Shown one piece after another: positions 28,105 through 41,659 of a DNA stretch of 64,000 nucleotides (position 1 is its first letter; each line of letters starts with the position of its first letter). The position numbers and the translations under genes were made by a program. A model generated the notes under the pieces. It was not told the origin of the DNA. It saw only the letters and a program-made list of their open reading frames with translations, and did not search any database. The stretch is from an uncultured Solirubrobacterales bacterium (lineage in GTDB: Bacteria; Actinomycetota; Thermoleophilia; Solirubrobacterales; 70-9): contig CAVRGT010000001.1 in assembly GCA_963720805.1 (NCBI GenBank), positions 170,187 through 234,186 on the forward strand, read 5' to 3'.

Positions 28105-28344
28105 ATGGCAGACCTCCAGCAAGACATCCAACACCAGCTCCGCGAGCTCGATGCCGAGCTCGATCTGGTCGCGCTCGAGCAGCCGAGCAAAGAAGCGCTG
28201 CGCCTCTTCATCGACCATCCCGCCGGCGTCGACCTCGCGCTTTGCGAACGGGTCACCAATCACCTCAACCACCTGCGGGCCGAGTACGCGTTGGAGGTTT
28301 CCTCGCCCGGCCCCAAGTACAGCAATCAGAAGGAGATCCAGTGA
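28105..28344 (+). CDS. rimP: Ribosome maturation factor RimP, N-terminal domain only (truncated)
   Basis: MADLQQDI...LRLFIDHPAGVDLALCERVTNHLNHLRAEYALEVSSPG matches the RimP N-domain up to the conserved EVSSPG. Only 10 more residues follow before the stop, which overlaps the nusA GTG. Confidence 0.7.
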   Translation: MADLQQDIQHQLRELDAELDLVALEQPSKEALRLFIDHPAGVDLALCERVTNHLNHLRAEYALEVSSPGPKYSNQKEIQ

Positions 28345-29926
28345 GCAAGGAGATCGTCGAAGCAGTCAAGGCACTGGAGCAGGAGAAGGGGATCGCCGCC
28401 GACAAGCTGATGGACGCGCTTGCCGATGCGCTCCTCTCCGCCTACAAGAAGACGCCCGGGGCGGCCAAATACGCCCGCGTCGATCTCGATCACGAAACCG
28501 GTGACTTCCTCGTCTTCGAACTGATCCTGCCGCCCGAGCTGGAGGAGAAGCTGCTGGCCGAAGCGGCCGAAGCGCAGGAGGAGGAAGAGCGCGAAGTCGA
28601 TCCCGAGACCGGTGAGTTGCGGGAGCCCGAGGACCCCGAGCTCGATCCCGAGATGATCGCGCCCTACGAGGACCAGATCGAGACCCGCGACGTCACCCCC
28701 GAAGACTTCGGCCGGATCGCCGCTCAGACCGCCAAGCAGGTGATCCTGCAGCGGATCCGCGAGGCCGAACGGATGATGATGTTCGAGGAGTACCAGGACC
28801 GCGTCGGCGAGCTGATCACCGGGATCATCCAGCAGTCCGACAAGCGCTACACGCTGGTCCAGCTGAAGGAGCGGGTCGAGGCATTGCTGCCCAAGTCCGA
28901 GCAGGTGTACAACGAGCGCTACGACCATGGCATGCGGGTCAAGGCCGTGATCACCGACGTCTCGGACTCGACCAAAGGGCCGGCGATCGTGGTCTCGCGG
29001 CGCAGCTCGGAGCTGATCAAGAAACTCTTCGAAATCGAGGTTCCCGAGATCGCCGACAACCTGGTCGAGATCGTCGGCGTCGCCCGCGAGCCCGGCTACC
29101 GCTCGAAGATCGCCGTGATCTCCCACGCTGACGGGGTCGACCCGGTCGGCGCCTGCGTCGGCCCACGCGGCTCGCGGGTGCGGATGGTCGTCTCCGAGCT
29201 GCGCGGCGAGAAGATCGACATCATTCCCCACAACGACGAGCCCGCCCGCTTCGTCGCCAAGGCGCTCTCGCCGGCCCGCGTGCGCGAGGTGATCGTCGAC
29301 GACGACGAGCGCCAGGCGACTGTGATCGTGCCTGACGACCAGCTCTCGCTGGCGATCGGCCGCGACGGTCAGAACGCCCGTTTGGCCGCCCGGCTGACCG
29401 GCTGGCGGGTCGACATCAAGTCCGAGACCGAGTTCTCCCAGGAGGACCCGGACGTCGAGTACGAGGGCGAAGAGAACTTCGACGGTCGCTGCATGGCGGT
29501 GCTCTCCAACGGCCGGCGCTGCCCCAACGCGGCGATCGAGGGCTCGACCTACTGCGGCCTGCCGCAGCACCAGGCGCTGAGCCGCTTCGAAACCAACCAG
29601 ATCGCCGTTCTCGCCTCGATTCCCGAGGCGGAAGTCGAAATCCTCGCCGATCCGGATGCGGACCAGGGTCAGATCGATGAGATCGTCGCCAAGGCCGAGT
29701 CCGAATTTGTTGAGGAGACTCCCGATGAGGCTCCAGAGGAATCGGCTGCGGGTCCTGTCGTGACAGAGGACTCCTCGTCCTCGCAAGCTGCGGGCGAGGA
29801 GCCCACCGCCACGCCACCCGCAGAAGATTCGTCTGATGAGCCTCAGGACGAGGCGCCCGAGGAATCCGCAGAGGAACCTGTCGCTGAGCAGGCTGAACCA
29901 GTTGCCGAGGAGGCAGAGCAAGCGTA

Positions 29927-29927
<1 letters not shown>
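28341..29927 (+). CDS. nusA: Transcription termination/antitermination factor NusA with a long C-terminal extension
   Basis: An AGGAG SD precedes the GTG at 28341. The N-terminal domain, S1 and two KH domains are present (IAVISHADGVDPVGACVGPRGSRV; LSLAIGRDGQNARLAARLTGWRVDI). A ~160-aa extension follows, with a Cys/His cluster and an acidic tail. Confidence 0.92.
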
Positions 29928-32185
<2,258 letters not shown>

Positions 32186-32186
32186 G

Positions 32187-32525
32187 ATGGCCGCTCCTCG
32201 CATGCGCCGCATCAACGAGGTGCTCCGCGAGGTGATTGGCGCTGCCATCGCCGAGTTGAGTGACCCGCGCATCGGCTTCGTGACCGTGACCTCTGTGGAG
32301 ACAAGCCCGGACCTGCGTGCCGCCAAGGTGCACGTCAGCGTGCTCGGCAACGAGGAGGAGAAAGGGGCGACGATGGTCGGTCTCGCCTCCTCGCACGGCG
32401 TCCTGCAGGCGAAGATCGCCGCCGAGACGCGGATGAAGCGCACCCCGACCCTGAGCTTCCGCTACGACGAGACGGTCGAGCAGGGCATGCGCATCAACGA
32501 ACTGCTCGAGGGGGACGAGCCATGA
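32187..32525 (+). CDS. rbfA: Ribosome-binding factor A
   Basis: RMRRINEVLREVI...DPRIGFVTVTSVETSPDLRAAKVHVSV is typical of RbfA. Confidence 0.92.
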   Translation: MAAPRMRRINEVLREVIGAAIAELSDPRIGFVTVTSVETSPDLRAAKVHVSVLGNEEEKGATMVGLASSHGVLQAKIAAETRMKRTPTLSFRYDETVEQGMRINELLEGDEP

Positions 32526-33523
32526 GTGACGGCTTGCTCACCACGGCGAGCATCGAGGAGGTCGTCGGCGAGCTGCGCTCGCGCGAGCGCTTCCTGCTGA
32601 CCGCCCACGAGGGCCCCGACGGCGACGCGCTCGGCTCGCTGCTGGGCATGCACCACCTGCTCGGCCAGCTCGGCAAGGACTCGGTGATGTTCATGGCGGC
32701 GAAGGAGTTCCCGCTGCCGATCGAGTACCGCTTCCTGCCCCTGGAGGAGGTCTTCCACGAGCCGCCCGCCGACATGGCGGATCGCACCGTGATCTTCCTC
32801 GACTGCGGCAACATCGACCGCATGCCGGTCGAGTTCCTCAGCGAGGGCGACAACTTCCGCATCAACATCGACCACCACCACGACAACACCCGCTTCGGCG
32901 ACGTCAACCTGGTCGAAGTCGGTGCCTCCTCGACCGCCGAGATCGTCTACCGCCTGGCGGTTGCGCTGGGGGCGGAGATCACGCCTGAGATTGCCGCGGC
33001 GCTCTACGTCGGCCTGATCACCGACACGGGCAAGTTCATGTACGAGAACACCAACGCCGAGACGCACCGGATCGCCGCTGAGCTGATCGACGCCGGGGTT
33101 GTCGTCGACGACACCTACCGCCGCCTCTACGAGCACGTGCCGATCGAGAAGCTGCGCCTGCTTTCGCGCGCCCTTGAGGGTATTCAGCGCTACTGCGGGG
33201 AGCGGCTGATCGTCTCCTACATCACCGCTGCCGATTACGAGGCCAGCGGCGGTGGCGAGGAGATGACCGAGGGAATCATCGACCACCTGCGCTCGATCGA
33301 GGGTTGCAAGGTGGCGGCGATGGTCCGCGACAAGGGCGATCGCGGCCGCGCCGCGCGCAAGGTCAGCCTGCGCTCCAGCGGCGGCGAGATCGACGTCTCG
33401 GCGATGGCGCGCAAGCATGGGGGAGGGGGGCACAAGCGGGCAGCGGGGTTCTCCACCGACCTTGAGCTCGATGACCTCGTCAACTTCCTCTGCGGCGAAG
33501 TTAAAGCCCAACTCGGGCCGTAG
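32522..33523 (+). CDS. nrnA: DHH-family phosphoesterase (NrnA-like oligoribonuclease/pAp phosphatase)
   Basis: DHH motif (NIDHHHDN) and DHHA1 motif GGGGHKRAAGF, in the conserved position between rbfA and truB. Confidence 0.85.
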   Translation: MSDGLLTTASIEEVVGELRSRERFLLTAHEGPDGDALGSLLGMHHLLGQLGKDSVMFMAAKEFPLPIEYRFLPLEEVFHEPPADMADRTVIFLDCGNIDRMPVEFLSEGDNFRINIDHHHDNTRFGDVNLVEVGASSTAEIVYRLAVALGAEITPEIAAALYVGLITDTGKFMYENTNAETHRIAAELIDAGVVVDDTYRRLYEHVPIEKLRLLSRALEGIQRYCGERLIVSYITAADYEASGGGEEMTEGIIDHLRSIEGCKVAAMVRDKGDRGRAARKVSLRSSGGEIDVSAMARKHGGGGHKRAAGFSTDLELDDLVNFLCGEVKAQLGP

Positions 33524-33526
33524 GGC

Positions 33527-34180
33527 ATGGCCGCAGCCGAGGCAGGCGCGGTCCTGCTCTGCGACAAGCCGGCGGGCAAGACCTCGCACGACATCGTCCT
33601 TGCCGTACGGCGCGAGCGCCGCGGCGAGAAAGTCGGCCACGCCGGCACCCTCGACCCGTTCGCCACCGGCCTGCTCCTGGTCCTGACCGGTCGGGCGACC
33701 CGCCTGCAGCGCTTCCTGGTCGAGCTGCCGAAGACCTACGTGGCGCGGGCGCGCTTCGGCTGGCGCTCCAGCACCGGCGATCCCGACGGCGAGCTGCGCG
33801 AGACCGGGCGCGTGCCGGACGCCCTCGCGCTGCCGACTGGAACGGTGCGCCAGCGGGTGCCGATGACCTCGGCGGTACGGGTCGGGGGAGAGCGGCTCTA
33901 CCGCAAGGCGCACCGGGGCGAAGTGGTCGAGACCCCCGAACGCGAGGTCGAGGTCTACCGCGCCGAGTTGTTGAGCAGCGACACCGTGGGCGCCTCCTAC
34001 GAGGTCGAGTGCTCCGCCGGCACCTACATCCGCACCCTGGTCGAGACCCTCGATGACGCCTACTGCGCCGAGCTGCGCCGCACCGCGATCGGCCCCTTCC
34101 GGGTCGACGACGCGGGCCATGAGTTCACCCTGAGCGAGGTCGCCGACATGGTCCCCACGGCGGCCGAGGCCCTACGATGA
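33527..34180 (+). CDS. truB: tRNA pseudouridine(55) synthase
   Basis: DKPAGKTSHDIV and the catalytic HAGTLDPFATG motif. Confidence 0.93.
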   Translation: MAAAEAGAVLLCDKPAGKTSHDIVLAVRRERRGEKVGHAGTLDPFATGLLLVLTGRATRLQRFLVELPKTYVARARFGWRSSTGDPDGELRETGRVPDALALPTGTVRQRVPMTSAVRVGGERLYRKAHRGEVVETPEREVEVYRAELLSSDTVGASYEVECSAGTYIRTLVETLDDAYCAELRRTAIGPFRVDDAGHEFTLSEVADMVPTAAEALR

Positions 34181-34182
34181 GG

Positions 34183-34233
34183 CTTCCGGTGGTCCTTTTG
34201 CTCCCTATACGTGCATAAAGCGCACCGGAAGGA
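34183..34233. repeat. Hairpin repeat (CCTTTTG..TGCATAAAG family) between truB and ribF
   Basis: CTTCCGGTGGTCCTTTTGCTCCCTATACGTGCATAAAGCGCACCGGAAGG. The outer arms CTTCCGGTG/CACCGGAAG are complementary, and the 3' 22 nt are identical to the reverse complement of 19075-19096. Confidence 0.75.
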
Positions 34234-34355
34234 TTTGCTCTGAGCATCCAGGTCACCTCACTTCCCGACGCCGAGCCGCGGCCGCGGCATGTCGCGATCG
34301 GCACCTTCGACGGCGTCCACCGTGGTCACCAGGCGGTGATCAAGGGGCAGACACC

Positions 34356-35129
34356 GTGCTCACCTTCGATCCTCACCCGCTGGAGATCATCCACCCGGCG
34401 GCGCTGCCGAAGCTGATCATGCCCTTCGGGGTCAAGCGCGACGTGATCGAGGGGCTTGGCGTCGACGAGCTCGTCGTCATCCCCTTTGACCAGCAGTTCG
34501 CCCAGCGCAGCGCCGAGGAATTCATCGAGGACGTGCTGATCGCCAAGCTCGGCGCCGAGCAGGTCTCGGTCGGCGAGAACTTCCGCTTCGGCGCCAAGGC
34601 CAAAGGCGATCCCGCCATGCTGGCCGGCCGCGAGGAGTTTGAGACGCGGGTGGTGCCGCTGGTCGAAACCGACGGCGAGACGATCTCCTCGACCCGGATT
34701 CGCGCCCTCGTCGCCGCCGGCGACATGGAGGGCGCCCGCCACTGCCTCGGCGCCCCCTTCATGGTCGAGGGCGAGGTCGTCAGCGGCGACCAGCGCGGCC
34801 GCAAGCTTGGCTTCCCAACCGCCAACATCGTGCCCGATGATCGCCTCGCGATTCCGGGCCACGGCGTCTACGCGGCCTTTGCCAACGGCATCCCGGCTGC
34901 GGTCAACGTCGGCGTGCGGCCGACCTTCGAGAGCGGCCGCGGGGTGCTGATCGAGACCTACCTGATCGACTTCGACGGCGATCTCTACGGCACCGAGCTG
35001 CGGGTCGCCTTCGTCGAGCGCCTGCGCGGCGAGAAGCGCTTCGCCAGTGTCGAGGAGCTGATCGCCCAGATGCGGATCGATGTCGAGGACGCGAAGCGCG
35101 TCTGTGCTAGCTTCACCGGCGCGCCATGA
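34356..35129 (+). CDS. ribF: Riboflavin kinase / FMN adenylyltransferase RibF; 5' part disrupted (the HxGH motif lies upstream in another frame)
   Basis: ORF 34356.. begins at VLTFDPHP and contains GENFRFG and the kinase motif [10 protein letters not shown]. The expected N-terminus (VAIGTFDGVHRGHQAVIKG) is encoded at ~34288-34344 in a different frame. Confidence 0.85.
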   Translation: MLTFDPHPLEIIHPAALPKLIMPFGVKRDVIEGLGVDELVVIPFDQQFAQRSAEEFIEDVLIAKLGAEQVSVGENFRFGAKAKGDPAMLAGREEFETRVVPLVETDGETISSTRIRALVAAGDMEGARHCLGAPFMVEGEVVSGDQRGRKLGFPTANIVPDDRLAIPGHGVYAAFANGIPAAVNVGVRPTFESGRGVLIETYLIDFDGDLYGTELRVAFVERLRGEKRFASVEELIAQMRIDVEDAKRVCASFTGAP

Positions 35130-35395
35130 GCCTGACCAAGGAGAAAAAAGACGAGCTGATCGGCAAGTACGGTCGCGCCGATGGCGATACCGGCTCAGCC
35201 GAGGTTCAGGTTGCCCTGCTCACCGAGCGGATCAACGAACTCACCGAGCACCTCCGCGGGCACGCCAAGGACCATCACTCGCGCCGCGGCCTGCTGATGC
35301 TGGTGGGGAAGCGCCGCCGCATGCTGCGCTATCTTGAGCGCCACGACCTGGAGCGCTACCGCGCCCTGGTCGCTGAACTCGGTCTGCGGCGATGA
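35126..35395 (+). CDS. rpsO: 30S ribosomal protein S15
   Basis: 89 aa with [38 protein letters not shown], the canonical S15 sequence. Confidence 0.96.
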   Translation: MSLTKEKKDELIGKYGRADGDTGSAEVQVALLTERINELTEHLRGHAKDHHSRRGLLMLVGKRRRMLRYLERHDLERYRALVAELGLRR

Positions 35396-35856
35396 TCGCC
35401 GCCGGGCAACCGGCGCCTGAGTTCACCCTCCGCGATCAGGACGGAGAGAAGGTCTCGCTCTCTGACTTCCGCGGCAAGAAGGTGCTGTTGGTCTTCTACC
35501 CGCTCGATTTCAGCCAGGTCTGCAGCGACCAGCTCTCGGTTTACCAGGAGGTCAAGCCGGAGATCGAGGCCAAGGGCGCGACCATGGTCGGGATCAGCGT
35601 CGACAGCGGCTTCGCCCACAAGGCCTTCCAGGAAAAGCTCGGTATCGACACGCCGCTGCTCGCCGACTTCGAGCCCAAGGGCGAGGTCGCCCGCGCCTAC
35701 GGCGCCTACCTCGAGGAGAGGGGCCACAACAACCGCTCACTCGTCCTGATCGACGCTGAGGGCACGGTGGAGTGGGTCCACGAGTCGCCGACGCCGCTGG
35801 AGATCCCCGGCGCCAATTTGATCTTCGACGCGCTCCAGGGCGCAGAGAGCGAGTAA
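35392..35856 (+). CDS. Peroxiredoxin (AhpE/Bcp-like, AhpC/TSA family)
   Basis: [42 protein letters not shown] contains the peroxidatic Cys context. ATGA overlap with rpsO. Confidence 0.85.
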   Translation: MIAAGQPAPEFTLRDQDGEKVSLSDFRGKKVLLVFYPLDFSQVCSDQLSVYQEVKPEIEAKGATMVGISVDSGFAHKAFQEKLGIDTPLLADFEPKGEVARAYGAYLEERGHNNRSLVLIDAEGTVEWVHESPTPLEIPGANLIFDALQGAESE

Positions 35857-35860
35857 CGAG

Positions 35861-36838
35861 ATGAGCTTTGGCTGGGGAAGAGGATCGCGCCTCGCTGCGC
35901 TGACCGTGGGTGCCTGTCTGACGATGGCCGTGGTGCTCGCGCCGGCCAGCTCGGCGGATGTGACGATCGGGGCGAACGTCAACCAGAGCACGGGGACTTC
36001 GGGCACCTGTGGATACAGCTCCTTCTCCGAACGTCCCTGCACATTCGTCAACAACGTCGTGCCAGGCCAGATGATGACCGCTCCTTGCGCCGGCACGATC
36101 ACCCGCTTCCGCATCAACGGGATCCCGAAAGCAGCCAACCACTACCGGCTCCGGGTGGTTCGCAAGAACGCGGACGGGAGCTATACCGGCACCGCGAGCA
36201 GCGCTCAGGTCGCGATCGGGCCCGAAGGTATCAACGAATACCCGACCAGCCTGCCGATCGCAGCGGGCGAACTGATCGGACTCGATTTTCAGGACTCCAC
36301 CGAAGACCTCGGCGTGCGCGATGTCTTTGGTTCGGAAGTCAGCGGCTTCTACTTCTATGTCTTCCCGGCCGATGGCGGATCCGCTTTCCCGCCAAATCCT
36401 CCTGCCCCGTTCTACTACCTCTTCAACGCTGACATCGCCTGTGCGCCAGCGAATCCAGCACCCACTCCGGCCCCCAGCAACAAATTCAAGATCGTCAAGC
36501 TGAAGGGGACGACGGTGACCCTCGAACTTGCCTCCGCGGGCGCGGTGGCGGTCACCGACGCGAGCGCCAAGCCCAAGAAGGCGAAGGCCTCTGCCTCGAA
36601 GGCGAAGGCGAAGCCCAAGCTGCTGAAGCCCTCGACCGCGACCGGTGGACCCGGTCTGGCCAAGGTCAAGCTGAAGCTGACCGGCGCGGCGAAGAAAACG
36701 CTGAAGGCGAAAGGCAAGGTCAAGGTGAAAGCCAAGATCACCTTCACGCCAACCGGCGGCACGGCGTCGACGCAGACTCGGCCGTTCACGGTCAAGGCGC
36801 CGAAACCGAAGCACTCCAAACCGAAGCACTCCAAGTAG
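35861..36838 (+). CDS. Secreted hypothetical protein with a Lys-rich C-terminal region
   Basis: Signal peptide (..VVLAPASSA/DV), a Cys-containing beta-rich middle section, and the tail KPKKAKASASKAKAKPKLLK...KGKVKVKAKITFTPTGG...KPKHSKPKHSK. Confidence 0.7.
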   Translation: MSFGWGRGSRLAALTVGACLTMAVVLAPASSADVTIGANVNQSTGTSGTCGYSSFSERPCTFVNNVVPGQMMTAPCAGTITRFRINGIPKAANHYRLRVVRKNADGSYTGTASSAQVAIGPEGINEYPTSLPIAAGELIGLDFQDSTEDLGVRDVFGSEVSGFYFYVFPADGGSAFPPNPPAPFYYLFNADIACAPANPAPTPAPSNKFKIVKLKGTTVTLELASAGAVAVTDASAKPKKAKASASKAKAKPKLLKPSTATGGPGLAKVKLKLTGAAKKTLKAKGKVKVKAKITFTPTGGTASTQTRPFTVKAPKPKHSKPKHSK

Positions 36839-36881
36839 CGAGGCGGGTCCCAGCCCGGGCGGCCCCTGTCAGGCTGTCGGT

Positions 36882-37337
36882 GTGAGCGAGCTGACCAGCG
36901 CCGCGGTCCCGCCCGTCGGGCCCGCGGACCACAGGCGCGGCTCCGGCCCCGAGCTGATCGTCTACGCCGACCTCGGTTGCCCGCACTGCGCCTCGGCCTG
37001 GCTGGAGATCGGCGAGCGCGAGGCGACGATCGTCTTTCGCCACTTTCCGGTCGCCAGCAAGCACCCGCGCGCGCCGGCCCTGCATGCTGCCGCCGAGGCC
37101 GCCGGCCTCCAGGGCCATTTCTTCGAGATGGTGGACTCGCTTTACGGCGACCGCGGCCACGTCGACGATCCGCACATCTGGCAACGAGCCGAGCGCCTCG
37201 AGCTCGATCTCGATCGCTTCGAGGCCGACCGCCGCTCCGAGGCCGTCCTCACCCGCGTACGCAGGGACTTCGAGTCCGGCATCCGCGCCGGCGTCACCAG
37301 CACCCCAGCCCTCTTCCCACCCCCCACGACACGCTGA
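36882..37337 (+). CDS. DsbA-family thiol:disulfide oxidoreductase
   Basis: Thioredoxin-fold CPHC active site (YADLGCPHCASAW) and C-terminal GVTSTPALF. Confidence 0.8.
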   Translation: MSELTSAAVPPVGPADHRRGSGPELIVYADLGCPHCASAWLEIGEREATIVFRHFPVASKHPRAPALHAAAEAAGLQGHFFEMVDSLYGDRGHVDDPHIWQRAERLELDLDRFEADRRSEAVLTRVRRDFESGIRAGVTSTPALFPPPTTR

Positions 37338-37385
37338 CTGTGGCTTTGACCGCGCTATAGGGGGGTCAAAGCCACAGTCAGCGTG
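37330..37385. repeat. Perfect 22+12+22 nt palindrome bounded by CGCTGACT/AGTCAGCG; it supplies the stop codon of the dsbA-like gene
   Basis: CACGCTGACTGTGGCTTTGACC-GCGCTATAGGGG-GGTCAAAGCCACAGTCAGCGTG. The TGA at 37335-37337 lies within the left arm. Confidence 0.85.
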
Positions 37386-37479
37386 CAAGGCGGGCGGCGT
37401 GTACTCTCCTCAACGAAAGAGAACGAGAGTTCTGAAAGCAGATGGCCGTCATCCGGGCGGCCGGAGGTAGGACAACTAA

Positions 37480-39714
<2,235 letters not shown>

Positions 39715-39717
39715 ACA

Positions 39718-40992
39718 TTGAGCGCTGTCCTTAGCACGCAGGACTCGGGCGTCCGGGTCGTCACCGAGGAGGTTCCCTCGGTGCGATCCGTGGCGCTCGG
39801 GCTCTGGGTGCGCACCGGTTCTCGCAACGAGACCCCGGCCCAGGCCGGCGTCTCGCACTTCCTCGAGCACCTGCTCTTCAAGGGCACGGCGCGTTACTCG
39901 GCGATCGAGATTGCCGAGAAGCTCGACGGCCTCGGCGCCTCGGTCAACGCCGCGACCGGCAAGGAGACCACCCACCTGCACGCCCGCTTCCTCGACGAGC
40001 ACACCGAGGAGGTCTTCGACCTGCTGGCCGAGATGCTGCTGGCGCCGACCTACCCGGAAGTCGACTCCGAGCGCGAGGTCGTGCTCGAGGAGATCGCGAT
40101 GTATGAGGACGAGCCGCAGGATCGCGTCCACGACATCCTCGCCGAGGCGGTCTTCGGCCGCCACCCCTTGGGCCGCCGCGTGCTCGGCGAGGCCGAGGTG
40201 ATCAGCTCGGTCCCGGTGCCCGATATCGAGGCCTACCGCAGCTCTCGCTATACGGGCGAGACGATCGTCGTCGGCGCCGCCGGCAACGTCGATCACGCCC
40301 GCATCGCCGAGCTCTCCCAGCGGCTGGTGGGGCCGCCGAGCGCCGCCGCCAACGGGCACCCGGCATCGGCGCAGACGGATGAGTCTGCCCGCCTGTGCTT
40401 CTACGAGAAGGACACCGAGCAGTACCACATCTGCTTCGGCGCTCCCGGCATCACCCGTGAGGACGAGCGGCGCTACGCGCTTGCCGTCCTCGACTCGATC
40501 TTCGGCGGCTCGAGCTCCTCACGACTCTTTCGCGAGGTGCGCGAGAAGCGCGGCCTCGCCTACGCGGTCGGCTCCTACAACGAGCAGTACACCGACTCCG
40601 GACTGATCGCCAGCTACGTCGGCACCCGCGAGGACAACGTCGAGGAGGCCTGCGCGATCATCGGCGCCGAGATGGCCCGACTGCGCAGCGAGCCGGTCTC
40701 GGCCGAGGAGCTCTCGCGGGCGAAGGAGAACGTCAAGGGCCGCCTCGTGCTCTCCTCGGAGTCGACCGCGGCGCGGATGTCGCGGATCTCGCGCGCCACT
40801 CTGTTCAACCTGCCGATCGACAGCCTCGACGAGATAATCGCCAAGGTCGACGCGGTCAGCGTCGGCGACCTGACCGCGCTTGCCGAGGAGCTCTACGGCC
40901 CCGAGCGGCTCTCCGCCGCCTGCGTCGGCCGCGACGAGAGCCGCTTCCGCGAGGCGCTCGGCCCGGTCAGCGAGACTCTGGTCGCGGCATGA
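39718..40992 (+). CDS. M16-family (pitrilysin-like) zinc peptidase
   Basis: Inverted zinc motif HFLEHLLFKG, in the conserved position after pnp. TTG start assumed. Confidence 0.88.
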   Translation: MSAVLSTQDSGVRVVTEEVPSVRSVALGLWVRTGSRNETPAQAGVSHFLEHLLFKGTARYSAIEIAEKLDGLGASVNAATGKETTHLHARFLDEHTEEVFDLLAEMLLAPTYPEVDSEREVVLEEIAMYEDEPQDRVHDILAEAVFGRHPLGRRVLGEAEVISSVPVPDIEAYRSSRYTGETIVVGAAGNVDHARIAELSQRLVGPPSAAANGHPASAQTDESARLCFYEKDTEQYHICFGAPGITREDERRYALAVLDSIFGGSSSSRLFREVREKRGLAYAVGSYNEQYTDSGLIASYVGTREDNVEEACAIIGAEMARLRSEPVSAEELSRAKENVKGRLVLSSESTAARMSRISRATLFNLPIDSLDEIIAKVDAVSVGDLTALAEELYGPERLSAACVGRDESRFREALGPVSETLVAA

Positions 40993-41654
40993 TCAGGGTC
41001 GCGGTCTCCGGCGCCGCCGGGCGCATGGGCCAGGCGGTCTGCGAAGCCGTCGAAGCGGCCGCTGACACCGAGCTCAGCGGCAAGGCGGATCCCTCGCTCG
41101 GGGTCGCGCTGGCCGAGGTGCTGGGCGACGCCGACGTCGTCGTCGACTTCAGCACGCCGGCAACGGCGCTGGGCAATGCCGAAGCCTGTCTGGCGGCCGG
41201 CGTGCACGTGGTCGTCGGCACCACCGGCTTCGATCTCGACGCGCTGAGGGCCGCGGCCGAGGCCTCGGCCGCGAACTGCTTTGTCGCTCCCAACTTCGCG
41301 ATCGGCGCCGTGCTGCTGATGGAGGTCGCGCAGACGATCGCCCGCCACATGCCCGAGTGCGAGATCATCGAGTTGCATCACGACCGCAAGCTCGACGCGC
41401 CTTCGGGCACGGCCAAGCTCACCGCCGAGCTGATCTCCGGCGCCGGTGGCAACGTCCACGCGCCGATCCACTCGGTTCGCCTGCCCGGCCTGGTCGCCCA
41501 TCAGGAAGTGATCTTCGGCGGCGAGGGGCAGACCCTCAGCCTGCGCCACGACTCGATCGACCGCCGTTCCTTCATGCCCGGCGTGCTGCTCGCCGTGCGC
41601 AAGGTCGCGGGTCTTCCCGACCGCTTCACCATCGGCCTGGAAAAGCTACTCTGA
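40989..41654 (+). CDS. dapB: 4-hydroxy-tetrahydrodipicolinate reductase
   Basis: VSGAAGRMG dinucleotide motif and ELHHDRKLDAPSGTA signature. Confidence 0.92.
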   Translation: MIRVAVSGAAGRMGQAVCEAVEAAADTELSGKADPSLGVALAEVLGDADVVVDFSTPATALGNAEACLAAGVHVVVGTTGFDLDALRAAAEASAANCFVAPNFAIGAVLLMEVAQTIARHMPECEIIELHHDRKLDAPSGTAKLTAELISGAGGNVHAPIHSVRLPGLVAHQEVIFGGEGQTLSLRHDSIDRRSFMPGVLLAVRKVAGLPDRFTIGLEKLL

Positions 41655-41659
41655 GCGCG

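Noticed and set aside
37386-37479. A possible Actino-pnp RNA motif in the pnp leader (small hairpin CTCTC...GAGAG).
   Set aside because: I do not remember the consensus well enough to support a call from the sequence alone.
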